A stretch of 64,000 nucleotides of DNA from Thermoanaerobaculia bacterium. GTDB taxonomy: Bacteria > Acidobacteriota > Thermoanaerobaculia > Multivoradales > Multivoraceae. The position numbers and the translations under genes were made by a program. Positions within the stretch are counted from its first letter, which is position 1; each line of letters opens with the position of its first letter. The notes under the pieces were generated by a model. That model made no database searches. It saw only the letters and a program-made list of their open reading frames with translations, and was not told the origin of the DNA. Positions 50,471 through 60,899 of the stretch are shown in pieces. The stretch is taken from assembly GCA_963664405.1 (NCBI GenBank), contig OY761158.1:6336001-6400000 (forward strand). The letters run 5' to 3'.

Positions 50471-50637
50471 CTAGCGTCCTGTATCAGTAGTTCGTCACAC
50501 AACTCGCTGGCCCTTTTGCGCGCTGCCGTCGTTGCTCCTCCTTGCAATATTGCCCAATATACCTTCGTCGTAGCGCCTTGGCAGCACCCAAAATGACTGC
50601 GCGATTTATGCAACGAACCACTGATACAGGACACTAG
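50471..50637 (-). repeat. MITE-like repeat, copy B
   Basis: Inverted homolog of 45067-45232; its terminal CTAG contains the htpG stop codon. Confidence 0.85.
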
Positions 50638-52601
50638 AGCCCTCTACCCATCAACTCCGCCAACAAGCGGTTGAATTTGGACGGGTCGGGCAGGTCCGAG
50701 CCCTCCGCGAGCAGGGCATAACCGAGGAGTAGCTCCGCGTAGTCGTCGAGTGCCGGATCTTCGCCGTCCTCGGCGAAGCGCTGTTGCAGCTTCGTCATCA
50801 CTTCATGCTTTGCGTTGAGCTCGAGGACCCGCTTTTGCGAAGGCACCTCCATCGCTCCTTCTGTCTGTCGAAGCAGGCGCTCGAGCTGGGGACTGATGTC
50901 GCCCTCTTCACCTACCAGACACGAGGGAGACGTGGTCAGGCGGCTCGACAGGCGCACTTCTTTCACCTGGTCGCCAAGCTTTCCCTGCAGCGCTTCGAGG
51001 AGGCTCTTGTACTCTTCCTTCTTTTCCTCGAGCTCCTTGTCGGCTTCGTCATTGTCTTCCTTGGCGCCGAGGTCGACCTCTCCCGAGGCCGCCGAGCGCA
51101 GCTTCTTTCCCTCCCACTCGGCGAGCGCCTGGACCAGGATCTCGTCGATGGCGTCGACCAGGTAGAGCACCTCGACGCCGCGCGCTGCGAAGGCCTCGAG
51201 ATGGGGGGAGCTCTCGACCGCGGTGCGGTTCTCGCCGCTGAGGTAGAAGATCTCTTCCTGGTCTTCTTTCATGCGCTCGAGGTAGCCGGCGAGATCGGTG
51301 AGCTTGGTGGAGTCCGCCGACGAGTTGAAGAGAAGAAGCGGCACGATCCGCTTCTGATTGTCGGGATCGCCGCTCACGCCCTCTTTGATCACAGAGCCGA
51401 ACTCATTCCAGAATTTGAGGTATTTCTCCTCATCTGTGGTCCGCATCTCTTTGAGGTGGTCGAGGACTTTGCGCGTGATCCACTTGCGCATCTGGTTGAT
51501 ATGTCGATCCTGCTGGAGCATCTCTCTCGACAGGTTGAGCTGCAGGTCGGCGGAGTCGACGACTCCCTTGACGAAGCGCAGCCAGGTGGGTAGCAGCGCT
51601 TCGCAGCGATCCATGATCATCACGCGCTTGACGTAGAGCTGAAGGCCGATGTTCTGGTCGCGGTAGTAGAGATCGAAGGGGGCCTTGCCGGGAAGGAAGA
51701 GCAGGGCCTGGTATTCGATCCTTCCTTCGGCCCGCGCCGACAGTCGATCCAGCGGCTCGGACCAATCGTGGGAGATGTGGCGGTAGAACTCGGTGTACTC
51801 CTCGTCCTTGACCTCGTCGGCGGGACGGGTCCAGATCGGCTTCATCGAGTTGAGGGTGACTTCTTCGATCTTTGAGGTGGTCTTCCCTGGGATCGGCTTG
51901 CCCTCGGAGTCGAGCTCGGGCTCTTGGAGGGGAATCTTGGTCCGGATCGGGTAGGGAATGAAGTCGGAGTAGCGCTTGACCACATTCTGGAAAACGTAGT
52001 GATCGGCAAAGTCGTCGAGACCGTTGTCGGGATCCGCCGGCTTGAGATGGAGGGTGACCGTGGTGCCGCGCAGGAAGCGGCTATCGTCGCCGATCTCGAA
52101 GCTGCCCCCTCCATCCGACTCCCAGCGGGTCGCCGTTTCTTCCCCGGCTCTACGGGCCACTACGGTGACCTTGTCGGCGACGATGAAGGAGGAGTAGAAG
52201 CCAACGCCGAACTGGCCGATCAGTTGGGCGATCGAGTCCCTCCCCTTGTCGCCTTTTTCGAGTTGTTCCAGGACCTCTCGGGTCCCCGACTTGGCGATCG
52301 TGCCGAGGTTGTCGATGACCTCCTGGCGCGACATGCCGATGCCGTTGTCGATGATCGATAGTGTTCTTGCGTCGGTATCCGCCTCGATGCGAATCTCCAG
52401 AATCTCGCCCTTCTCCATCAGCTCAGGAGAGGTGAGGGCTTCGAAGCGTAGGCGGTCGAGGGCATCCGAGGAGTTGGAGATCAGCTCGCGCAGAAAGATC
52501 TCTTTGCTCGAATAGAGCGAATTGATGACGATGTCGAGAAGCTGGCGAGTTTCGGCTTTGAACTCGTACGAGCCAGCGGTAGCAGTCGCTTGCGAACTCA
52601 T
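50634..52601 (-). CDS. htpG: Chaperone HtpG (Hsp90)
   Basis: IFLRELISN, DNGIGM, IGQFGVGFYS, LNLSREMLQ. Confidence 0.98.
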   Translation of the reverse strand: MSSQATATAGSYEFKAETRQLLDIVINSLYSSKEIFLRELISNSSDALDRLRFEALTSPELMEKGEILEIRIEADTDARTLSIIDNGIGMSRQEVIDNLGTIAKSGTREVLEQLEKGDKGRDSIAQLIGQFGVGFYSSFIVADKVTVVARRAGEETATRWESDGGGSFEIGDDSRFLRGTTVTLHLKPADPDNGLDDFADHYVFQNVVKRYSDFIPYPIRTKIPLQEPELDSEGKPIPGKTTSKIEEVTLNSMKPIWTRPADEVKDEEYTEFYRHISHDWSEPLDRLSARAEGRIEYQALLFLPGKAPFDLYYRDQNIGLQLYVKRVMIMDRCEALLPTWLRFVKGVVDSADLQLNLSREMLQQDRHINQMRKWITRKVLDHLKEMRTTDEEKYLKFWNEFGSVIKEGVSGDPDNQKRIVPLLLFNSSADSTKLTDLAGYLERMKEDQEEIFYLSGENRTAVESSPHLEAFAARGVEVLYLVDAIDEILVQALAEWEGKKLRSAASGEVDLGAKEDNDEADKELEEKKEEYKSLLEALQGKLGDQVKEVRLSSRLTTSPSCLVGEEGDISPQLERLLRQTEGAMEVPSQKRVLELNAKHEVMTKLQQRFAEDGEDPALDDYAELLLGYALLAEGSDLPDPSKFNRLLAELMGRGL

Positions 52602-52778
52602 GGTTCGGGGTCTCCGAGTCGTTGTTGGTTGTGTTTGAGCTCACGGCCTGGATCGGCCGTTTTCGTCGTCAGAAGATTCTATCGCGGTACGGTGTCTTTG
52701 GGTGCCGCGGTCTGCCCCATGCTAGGGTTTGCCTGACTAATTCGTGCTGGTTCCCGGCACGACCCTAGGGAGGCGACC

Positions 52779-54140
52779 ATGCATCGACCGTGGCGAATAC
52801 GAACGCAGATCCTTCTTCTCCCGGCCAGCCTCTTTCTTGTCGCTGCGAGCGCCTCGTTGGCGGACGACTGGCCGCAGTGGAGAGGCGAGAATCGCGAGGG
52901 CATCTGGCACGAGGACGGCATCCTCGATCGTTTCCCCGCCGGCGGTCCGGAGGTCAAGTGGCGGGTGCCTCTCGGCTCGGGATATTCGGGACCGTCGGTC
53001 GCGGAGGGCAAGATCTTCGTGATGGACTGGACGAAGACGGAAGGCACTAGAACCATGGAGGGAACGGAGCGTCTTCACTGTTTCGACGAGGAGACCGGCA
53101 AGAAGTTGTGGTCCCAGGAGTGGCCGGTTGCCTACGGCTCGTTGATGGTGTCCTACGCTACCGGCCCGCGTGCAACGCCGACGGTCGATGGGGATCTCGT
53201 CTACGCCCTCGGGGCGGTCGGCGATCTGATGGCCGCGAAAGTGACGAACGGTGAAGTGGTGTGGCGGCGTGACTTCGTCGAAGAATATGACGCCAGCGTT
53301 CCGATCTGGGGCACCACCAGCTCGCCGCTGGTTGATGGCGATCTCTTGATCACGGTGGCCGGAGCCGAGAACAACGGCAAAGTGATCGCCTACGACAAGC
53401 GCACTGGCGAAGAGCGTTGGCGGGCGATCTCCTCCGATTGGGAGATGGGCTACGAGCAGCCCGTGATCGTCGAGGCCGGCGGGGTGCGCCAGCTGATCAT
53501 CTGGGAGCCCAAGGCGGTGTTCTCGCTCAATCCGGCCAACGGCGAGGTCTATTGGAGCCAGGAGTGGGACGTTCGCAGCGGCATGTCGGTGGCGACGGCG
53601 GTGACCGACGGCAAACAGCTGCTCTTTACTCAGTTCTACAAGGGCTCGCTGATGATGGAGCTCGACGCCCAAGCACCGAAGGCGGAGCTGGTGTGGATGG
53701 GTGAGGGAAAGAGCGAGATGCCGGACAAGACCCAGGGTCTCCATTCGCTCATCACGACTCCCATTCTCGAGGGAGACACCATCTACGGCGTCGGCAGCTA
53801 TGGCGAGCTTCGCGCCCTCGATGCGAGTACCGGCGAGCGGCTGTGGGAGACCGACAAGATGACGCGCCAAGGCCGTTGGGGAGCCGCATTCATGGTCAAG
53901 AATGGCGATCGGTGGTTCGTCAACAACGACCAGGGCGATCTCATCATCGCCGACTTCAGCCGCGAGGGCTATCACGAAATTGATCGCGTCAAGCTTCTCG
54001 CCCCCGACTCCAACGCCGCGATCGGACCACGCAGGATGTTCGCGGCCGAGGTCAACTGGTCGCATCCCGCCTATGCCAACGGGCATGTCGTTGCTCGTAA
54101 CGACAGCGAGTTGATTCGCGTTAGTCTCGAAGCCAAGTAG
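52779..54140 (+). CDS. PQQ-like beta-propeller (BamB-like) secreted protein, copy 1
   Basis: DDWPQWRG, GYSGPSV, GPRATPTV, WSHPAYANG. Confidence 0.9.
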   Translation: MHRPWRIRTQILLLPASLFLVAASASLADDWPQWRGENREGIWHEDGILDRFPAGGPEVKWRVPLGSGYSGPSVAEGKIFVMDWTKTEGTRTMEGTERLHCFDEETGKKLWSQEWPVAYGSLMVSYATGPRATPTVDGDLVYALGAVGDLMAAKVTNGEVVWRRDFVEEYDASVPIWGTTSSPLVDGDLLITVAGAENNGKVIAYDKRTGEERWRAISSDWEMGYEQPVIVEAGGVRQLIIWEPKAVFSLNPANGEVYWSQEWDVRSGMSVATAVTDGKQLLFTQFYKGSLMMELDAQAPKAELVWMGEGKSEMPDKTQGLHSLITTPILEGDTIYGVGSYGELRALDASTGERLWETDKMTRQGRWGAAFMVKNGDRWFVNNDQGDLIIADFSREGYHEIDRVKLLAPDSNAAIGPRRMFAAEVNWSHPAYANGHVVARNDSELIRVSLEAK

Positions 54141-54146
54141 GCGAAC

Positions 54147-55508
54147 ATGCATCGACCGGCGCGGATACGGACCCGGATCATCCTCCTCTTCGCGAGCCTT
54201 GTTTTTTCGGCTGTGAGTGGGCTCTTCGCAGACGATTGGCCACAGTGGAGAGGCAAGAATCGAGAGGGCGTCTGGCATGAGGACGGCATCCTCGATCGTT
54301 TTCCCGCCGGCGGCCCTGAGGTCAAGTGGCGTGTGCCACTCGGCTCGGGGTATTCCGGGCCGTCGGTCGCAGACGGCAGGATCTTCGTGATGGACTGGAC
54401 GAAGACGGAAGGCACCAGAGCGATGGAGGGCACAGAGCGTCTTCACTGCTTCGACGAGGAGACCGGCAAGACGTTGTGGACGCAGGCATGGCCGGCTGCC
54501 TACGGCTCGCTGATGGTGACCTACGCTACGGGCCCGCGCGCCACGCCCACCGTTGATGGGGATCTCGTCTACGCCCTTGGAGCCGTCGGTGATCTGGTCG
54601 CGGCAAAGGCGGAGGACGGCGAGGTGGTCTGGCGGCGGGACTTCGTCGAGGAATATGGAGCCAGCGTACCGATCTGGGGCACGACCGGCTCCCCTCTGGT
54701 CGACGGCGACCTCTTGATCACGGTCGCCGGGGCCGAGAACGACGGCAAAGTGATCGCCTACGACAAGCGCACCGGCGAAGAGCGTTGGCGCGCGATCTCG
54801 TCCGATTGGGAGATGGGCTACGAGCAGCCAGTGATCATCAAGGCCGGCGGCGCGCGCCAGCTCATCATCTGGGAGCCCAAGGCGGTGTTCTCGCTCAATC
54901 CGGTCAACGGTGAGGTCTATTGGAGCCAGGAGTGGGATGTACGCGGCGGCCTGTCGGTTGCCACGGTCGTGACCGATGGTCGGCAGCTCTTGTTCAGCCA
55001 GTTTTACAAGGGCTCGCTGATGATGGAGCTCGACGCCCACGCACCGAAGGCGAAGCTGGTGTGGATGGGTGAGGGGAAGAGCGAGATGCCGGACCAGACT
55101 CGGGGACTGCACTCTCTCATCACCACACCCATCTTGGAGGGAGACGCCATCTACGGAGTCTGCAGCTATGGTGAGCTTCGTGGTCTCGACGCGCGCACCG
55201 GCGAGCGCCTGTGGCAGACCGACCAGATGACGCGCCAGGGCCGCTGGGGGGCCGCCTTCATGGTCAAGAATGGTGATCGGTGGTTCGTCAACAACGACCA
55301 GGGCGAGCTCATCATTGCCGACTTCAGCCGCGAGGGCTATCACGAGATCGATCGCGTCAAGCTTCTTGTGCCGAACTCCGACGCCGCGATCGCGCGGCGT
55401 AGGGAGGATGCCGCCGACGTCAATTGGTCGCACCCCGCCTACGCCAACGGACATATCGTCGCTCGCAACGACAGCGAGCTGATCCGGGTCAGCCTCGAGG
55501 CCGAATAG
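54147..55508 (+). CDS. PQQ-like beta-propeller protein, copy 2 (tandem paralog)
   Basis: Same length (453 aa) and mostly identical to copy 1. Confidence 0.9.
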   Translation: MHRPARIRTRIILLFASLVFSAVSGLFADDWPQWRGKNREGVWHEDGILDRFPAGGPEVKWRVPLGSGYSGPSVADGRIFVMDWTKTEGTRAMEGTERLHCFDEETGKTLWTQAWPAAYGSLMVTYATGPRATPTVDGDLVYALGAVGDLVAAKAEDGEVVWRRDFVEEYGASVPIWGTTGSPLVDGDLLITVAGAENDGKVIAYDKRTGEERWRAISSDWEMGYEQPVIIKAGGARQLIIWEPKAVFSLNPVNGEVYWSQEWDVRGGLSVATVVTDGRQLLFSQFYKGSLMMELDAHAPKAKLVWMGEGKSEMPDQTRGLHSLITTPILEGDAIYGVCSYGELRGLDARTGERLWQTDQMTRQGRWGAAFMVKNGDRWFVNNDQGELIIADFSREGYHEIDRVKLLVPNSDAAIARRREDAADVNWSHPAYANGHIVARNDSELIRVSLEAE

Positions 55509-55578
55509 GCGCCGCCCGCCGTATGGCCTCAGAGGGGCAGCCACCAGTTGTAGAATCCGCGTCGAGGAGAAGGAAGCC

Positions 55579-56991
55579 ATGAAGAACCTCGTTTTTGTCA
55601 CGCTGTTGGTCCTACTCTCTGCAGCCGGTCTCGGTGCCGCCGAACCGGCCGGCGACTTTGATCAGTATTGGCCGCATTGGCGGGGTCCTGGCGATGACGG
55701 AGTTGCTCCACATGCCGACCCGCCGGTGACCTGGTCGGAGAGCGAGAACATTCGTTGGAAAGTGCCGATCGAGGGCGAAGGCTCGGCCTCGCCGATCGTC
55801 TGGGGAGATCTCGTTTTCGTCACCTCGGCGGTGGACACCGGCGAGGGGACCGGCGAAGAGGATGGCTCGGCGGAGGTGGCCGCCCCGCAGCCACCGCCGC
55901 GGCCCCCCCGGCCGCCCGGTGCTCGAGGACCTGGTGGCCGCGGTGGAGGTCGTGGCCGCGGTGGCGGGCGTCCGAGCGGGCGCACCTCGAGCAACGATTG
56001 GCGTTTTGTCGTAACGGCCCTGCGCCGCACTGACGGTGAGACAGTATGGCAACGAACCGCCAACACCGAACGCCCTCACGAGGGGATCCATCCGACAGGA
56101 ACCTTCGCCTCCAACTCGGCGGTCACCGACGGCGAGAGCCTGTTCGCCTATTTCGGTTCGCGCGGGATCTACGCCTACGACCTCGAAGGAAACCCGAAAT
56201 GGAAGCGCGATCTCGGCGACATGACCAAACGTCTCGGCTTCGGCGAGGGGAGCTCGCCGGCCGTCGCAGGCAACGCGCTGGTGATCATCTGGGACCACGA
56301 GGGGGAGTCCTTCGTCGTCGCGCTGGACAAGCATACGGGTGACGAGCTTTGGCGCACGCCGCGAGACGAGATGACGTCGTGGACAACTCCGTTGATCGTC
56401 GAGGAGGGCGGGCGAGCCCAGGTCGTCACCAGTGCGACCGGTAAGGTGCGTAGCTATGCCCTCGACAATGGGGAGCTGCTCTGGGAGTCGAAGGGCGTGA
56501 CTCTGAACGCCATTCCCGCGCCGGTCTACGAAGACGGCATCGTCTACCTCATGAGCGGCTTCCGAGGCAGCGCGCTACAGGCGATTCGACTCGCCGACGC
56601 CAAGGGCGATGTCAGCGGTTCCAAAGCGGTTCTGTGGGAGTACGACCAGGACACGCCTTATGTACCCTCTCCGCTTCTCTACAACGGCGATCTCTATTTC
56701 ACCAAGAGCAACAATGCGATCCTGTCGGTCTTCGACGCCGCCAGCGGCAAGCCGCACTACACGACACAGAGGATCGAGGGACTCACCAACCTCTACGCCT
56801 CCCCGGTCGGCGCCGCGGGTCGGGTCTACATCACCGACCGCAAGGGCAATACCACGGTCATCAAGGCCGGTAGCAGCTATGAAGAGTTGGCGCAGAACTC
56901 GCTCGACGACGCCTTCGACGCGTCGGCGGCCGTAGTCGGCGGCGAGATCTATCTCCGCGGTAAGAATCTCTACTGCATCGCTGAGAACTAG
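55579..56991 (+). CDS. PQQ-like beta-propeller protein with a Pro/Gly/Arg-rich insert
   Basis: WPHWRGP, SPIVWGD, YVPSPL, YASPV. Confidence 0.9.
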   Translation: MKNLVFVTLLVLLSAAGLGAAEPAGDFDQYWPHWRGPGDDGVAPHADPPVTWSESENIRWKVPIEGEGSASPIVWGDLVFVTSAVDTGEGTGEEDGSAEVAAPQPPPRPPRPPGARGPGGRGGGRGRGGGRPSGRTSSNDWRFVVTALRRTDGETVWQRTANTERPHEGIHPTGTFASNSAVTDGESLFAYFGSRGIYAYDLEGNPKWKRDLGDMTKRLGFGEGSSPAVAGNALVIIWDHEGESFVVALDKHTGDELWRTPRDEMTSWTTPLIVEEGGRAQVVTSATGKVRSYALDNGELLWESKGVTLNAIPAPVYEDGIVYLMSGFRGSALQAIRLADAKGDVSGSKAVLWEYDQDTPYVPSPLLYNGDLYFTKSNNAILSVFDAASGKPHYTTQRIEGLTNLYASPVGAAGRVYITDRKGNTTVIKAGSSYEELAQNSLDDAFDASAAVVGGEIYLRGKNLYCIAEN

Positions 56992-57013
56992 CGTGCATCG
57001 CTGAGAACTAGCG
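56974..57013 (+). repeat. 20-bp tandem duplication spanning the stop codon
   Basis: TGCATCGCTGAGAACTAGCG twice. Confidence 0.9.
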
Positions 57014-57044
57014 CGTTCACGTACTTATTAGAGAGGCTGATGAC

Positions 57045-58235
57045 ATGAGCTCTGTTCTAGCGGGAACTCGCGTTCTCGATTTCGGGCGGTATATCGCCGG
57101 GCCCTATTGCGCCACCCTTCTCGGCGACATGGGGGCGGACGTGGTGCGGGTGGAGAAGCCTGGCACTGGCAGTGAAGATCGCTGGACGACTCCGATCGCC
57201 GAGGGCGGGGAGGGTAGCTTGTTCATGCAGGTCAATCGCAACAAGCGCTGCCTGACCCTGAACCCCAAGAAACCGGAGGGCCGGCGCATCGTCAAGGAGC
57301 TGGTCTCACGCTCTGACGTGGTGGTGGCCAATCTGCCGCCGCAGACTCTGAAGTCGATGGATCTCGACTACGAGTCGTTGAAAGCGACCAAGCCGGACAT
57401 TATTCTTTCCACCGTCTCGGCCTTCGGTCACGGCGGACCCTACAGTCACCGGGTCGGCTTCGACGGTATCGCCCAGGCGATGTCGGGAGCGATGTACATG
57501 TCGGGTGAGGCGGAAGAACCCGCCAGGCTCTACTACCCCTGGGTCGACTTCACCACCGCCATCCTCACTGCCTTCGGCACAATGGCGGCGATCGTCGAGC
57601 GCCAGAAGACGGGCGAAGGCCAGCAGGTCGAAGGCTCTCTTCTCGCCTCGTCGCTCACCGTCGGTAACAGCACCCTGATCGAGCAGGCCGTCATCGAGGC
57701 GAATCGCACTGCCACCGGGAACCGGGGCCAGACCGCGGCGCCGGTCGATTGCTTCCGCACCAAGGACGGCTTTGTCCAAGTGCTCGTGGTCGGTCAACCC
57801 CTCTTCGAGCGCTGGGCGCGTCTCATGGGTGACGAGCGCCAGTGGCTCGACGACGAGCGCTTCAAAGACGACCTCGCCCGCGGAAACAACGGCGTGGTGA
57901 TCTCAGAGCGAATGCAGCGCTGGTGCGACGATCGCACAACGGCGGAGTGTTTAGAGGATCTGGACGAAGCGAGAGTTCCGGTTGGCCCGGTGTACTCGCC
58001 TCAGCAGGCCTTGGACGATCCTCATATCCAGGCGATGAAGTTCATGGAGCCGGTCGACTACCCCGGCTTGCCGCGGCCCGCTCCGATCGCGGGGACACCG
58101 GTGCGCCTGTCGCGGACGCCGGGTGAGATTCGCCACCGCGCCCCCCTGTTGGGGGAGCACACCGACGAGATCCTCGCCGAGCTTGGCTACGATACCGTTG
58201 CGATAGAGGGGCTTCGCGCAGACAACGTGGTGTGA
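57045..58235 (+). CDS. CaiB/BaiF family (class III) CoA transferase
   Basis: LAGTRVLDF, AGPYC, NRNKR, GFDGIAQA, APLLGEHT. Confidence 0.95.
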   Translation: MSSVLAGTRVLDFGRYIAGPYCATLLGDMGADVVRVEKPGTGSEDRWTTPIAEGGEGSLFMQVNRNKRCLTLNPKKPEGRRIVKELVSRSDVVVANLPPQTLKSMDLDYESLKATKPDIILSTVSAFGHGGPYSHRVGFDGIAQAMSGAMYMSGEAEEPARLYYPWVDFTTAILTAFGTMAAIVERQKTGEGQQVEGSLLASSLTVGNSTLIEQAVIEANRTATGNRGQTAAPVDCFRTKDGFVQVLVVGQPLFERWARLMGDERQWLDDERFKDDLARGNNGVVISERMQRWCDDRTTAECLEDLDEARVPVGPVYSPQQALDDPHIQAMKFMEPVDYPGLPRPAPIAGTPVRLSRTPGEIRHRAPLLGEHTDEILAELGYDTVAIEGLRADNVV

Positions 58236-58239
58236 GCGC

Positions 58240-58689
58240 CTACGGGAGCGGAATCAGGTCGTCTCGCTCCGTCAGCTCTCGTAGCCGCTCCTCGCAGCGA
58301 GCGATGACCTGCACCGCGTCGAGGTCGGGGAAGCGCTTGGCGTCTGAAGAGACGTTGCTCCAACGGATGGTGGTCCGGCGCGGCGCGGCACGACCGCCGG
58401 GCTGCGCGACCAGCATACGGATCACCGTCTCGCTGGTGTCGGAGACGTGGAATAGTTCGCCCCGGCTCTCCTCTTCGGCCACGGCGCCCCGGCGCAGCAG
58501 CTCTCCGCCGGCCACATCCAGTGTCGGCAGCCCCTCGCCTTCGAGATCCGCGAGCAGATTCCGCATCTCGTCGGTGGAGAGTTGCAGCTCGTAGTCGCCG
58601 GCCCTCTTCATATAGACGGGGTAGTGAACGCGAGCTCGGCCGTCACCGTAGAGGCGCAAGAGCGGGGTCGGGTCCTGCTCGGCGAGCAT
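58240..58689 (-). CDS. Hypothetical protein, possibly 5'-truncated
   Basis: Protein-like 149-aa ORF convergent with the CoA transferase; the frame stays open upstream without a start codon. Confidence 0.55.
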   Translation of the reverse strand: MLAEQDPTPLLRLYGDGRARVHYPVYMKRAGDYELQLSTDEMRNLLADLEGEGLPTLDVAGGELLRRGAVAEEESRGELFHVSDTSETVIRMLVAQPGGRAAPRRTTIRWSNVSSDAKRFPDLDAVQVIARCEERLRELTERDDLIPLP

Positions 58690-59044
58690 GTGGTGGATCT
58701 GGGTGTACTCCAGAATGACGTCGGTGGGCAGCGCACGGGCGGGCGGGCGCCGATGACCAGACGAGAAGTGATTGCTCCAAGAAGTGCCACCCGAGTATCG
58801 AGTGAGGACTTGAATGGCGGGGAGAGCTCGAAGCTGTTGATGCGTCGAGGACCCTGCGCGTCCTCTTCGGCGCTAGGTTTGCTCTGTCTGACCGTGCACC
58901 CGCCGGGAGTCCTCCTCCCCCGAGACTAGACCTCGAGAGCGAAGTGCGCTAGAAGGCACACGAGGGCGCCCGGTTCGGATTCCGAGGAGAGTTGCCGCCG
59001 TTCTCTGAGCCTTTCCGCTCGAGACGACCGGTGAATGTCGAGAA

Positions 59045-59950
59045 TCAGGTGACAACGAAGGGCAAGGCGGGCGGGAAACATCGCTGCGGAAAGCCGACAG
59101 GCCCAAATTCGGGGAGCTTTCCGCAGGCCTCGCGATAGACAGCTACAAAGCGTTCGTAGGCTTCGTGGAATTGACGAGCCCTTCGCCTCGTAGCCGCGTG
59201 AACGAGCGGAGCGGGGGATCTCGCGCTCGTGCTTGGTCTTCCGTGACGATCCTGTTTCATGATGCCTTCTCTCCCAAGAGGTCGTCCGCCACGCCGGCGC
59301 TGCGTCTCTGCAATGTGTCCAACGCGTTCCCGGAACCATTCAAGACGATCCTCGGGCCTCCAGGCCACCATACAGGGCAGCGGGGTCAGCGTGACCACGC
59401 GACGCTCGACAAAGCGCTCGACCGATGTGTCTGCACCCCGTTGATGTGCCTGATACTGAGCTGTCCGATTGACCCATTCGCCTTCGATTTCGCTCCTTTC
59501 ATGGAGAAGGGCGTGAGTACTCTGCGCTCCTGGCCAGTCCTGGGGCTTCGCGACTAGGCCCTCCTTGCAACCCTGTGCGAGGACGTAATCCATACGCGAG
59601 AGTTGCGCAGTCTCTTCCTCCGTCACCACGATCGCCTGGTATCGGCGGCCCCAGAACTTCTCCCGCCACTGGGCGAGTCTTCCTGCCTCTCGAGCTACGT
59701 TGGATTGAACGTAGTTCATGAAGCGAGCCATCTGCTCGGCATCATCGACGGTTATGAGCAGATGGCAGTGGTTTGAAAGGTAGGTGAAGGCGTGGATCTC
59801 GACCTCATAGAGCTCCTGCGCGCGGCTAAGGACTCCTATGATGCGACGCTTGAGACGCCTCGAAGGACGCAGCAGAAAGCGCCCCTGCATCGTGCGACAA
59901 GTGATCTCGACCAGAGATCGCTCGGGAACAAAGCGGATTCGACGGCTCAT
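59045..59950 (-). CDS. REP-associated tyrosine transposase (RAYT / Y1 HUH)
   Basis: EITCRT, YLSNHCHLL (HUH), FWGRRY, DYVLAQ, PQDWP. Confidence 0.88.
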   Translation of the reverse strand: MSRRIRFVPERSLVEITCRTMQGRFLLRPSRRLKRRIIGVLSRAQELYEVEIHAFTYLSNHCHLLITVDDAEQMARFMNYVQSNVAREAGRLAQWREKFWGRRYQAIVVTEEETAQLSRMDYVLAQGCKEGLVAKPQDWPGAQSTHALLHERSEIEGEWVNRTAQYQAHQRGADTSVERFVERRVVTLTPLPCMVAWRPEDRLEWFRERVGHIAETQRRRGGRPLGREGIMKQDRHGRPSTSARSPAPLVHAATRRRARQFHEAYERFVAVYREACGKLPEFGPVGFPQRCFPPALPFVVT

Positions 59951-60422
59951 ACCCATCTAGGGTGCGTGGGCGGCGGGAAAAATGCGCTCTGCGTCAACCT
60001 TTTTCGGGTGGCAGTGCGACACGAAGGAGGAATCTGATGACCTGATCGAAAGACAGAGATAGGAGACCTCTGGGTCTCGAAGGCCGACGGGTGAAAGTCC
60101 CGCCCGGGGAGTTGTCGGTACACCCCGGTAGCCGCCGGAGCAGTCGATGCGGGTGACCGTCCGGCTGAAGCCTCCGGAACAGCTGGAGTAAGTCCAGTGG
60201 GCAAAGGTGCAGGCCGCAACGCGAGTGAACCCTGAGAAGGCCCCGAAAGTTACTTGCTGGAGCCGACCCTCCTGCCATAAGGGGAAGGCCGCCGCTCGAC
60301 GGAGGAGCAACCGACCGTTGAATCCGCCGAATCCAGCCGGGGTAGTGGGGGTGGCATGTACCGAAGGTCTTTGAGGCAACGTGTGAGACCCACGTCGGTG
60401 GCGGGTTGCGACCGCCAACCGG

Positions 60423-60899
60423 TGAGAGTGAGCACGATAATCGATGGGAATGTTGGCCATTCTGAGCACGGTAGGTGAGGGAAGGGTGTTTGGTCCCTCA
60501 AGTAGTGTGCTCAAGACTAGGTCCGTCGGCATCATCCCCGCCGAAGGCGGGCCGTCGGGGCCTGACGCGCAGTCCATACTTGTTCTTTCGCTGATCACGC
60601 TGAACGAGGGCTGACACGCAGCGATGGGATGAACGGCACGCTATCTGATGGGCGATCGAGGCGGTTCGCCGAGCTTCCATCGCGCTTGGGCCCCTGGTTG
60701 CGCCCTCAGATACCTTGAACGGAACACCCATTCCCACCAGACAACGTGATCGGGTTTCCTCGAATCGCCATCAAATACTGTGAACAAGACCGTCTGAGGC
60801 AAGTGGCAGCGAAACGCAGCTTCGGCTAAGTCCTTCAAAAGGCTACGCGACCATCACTTATCGTGATCGGACCGCCATCGATTATCGTGCTCACTCTCA
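60423..60899. mobile_element. 477-bp non-autonomous element (IS21-like MITE) inside intron 1
   Basis: Perfect 25-bp TIR TGAGAGTGAGCACGATAATCGATGG; 5-bp TSD ACCGG at 60418-60422 and 60900-60904; subterminal repeats. Confidence 0.9.

Noticed and set aside
52737-55601. 954-aa minus-strand ORF with an internal repeat
   Set aside because: Antisense shadow of the two tandem PQQ-propeller genes; high GC suppresses stop codons.
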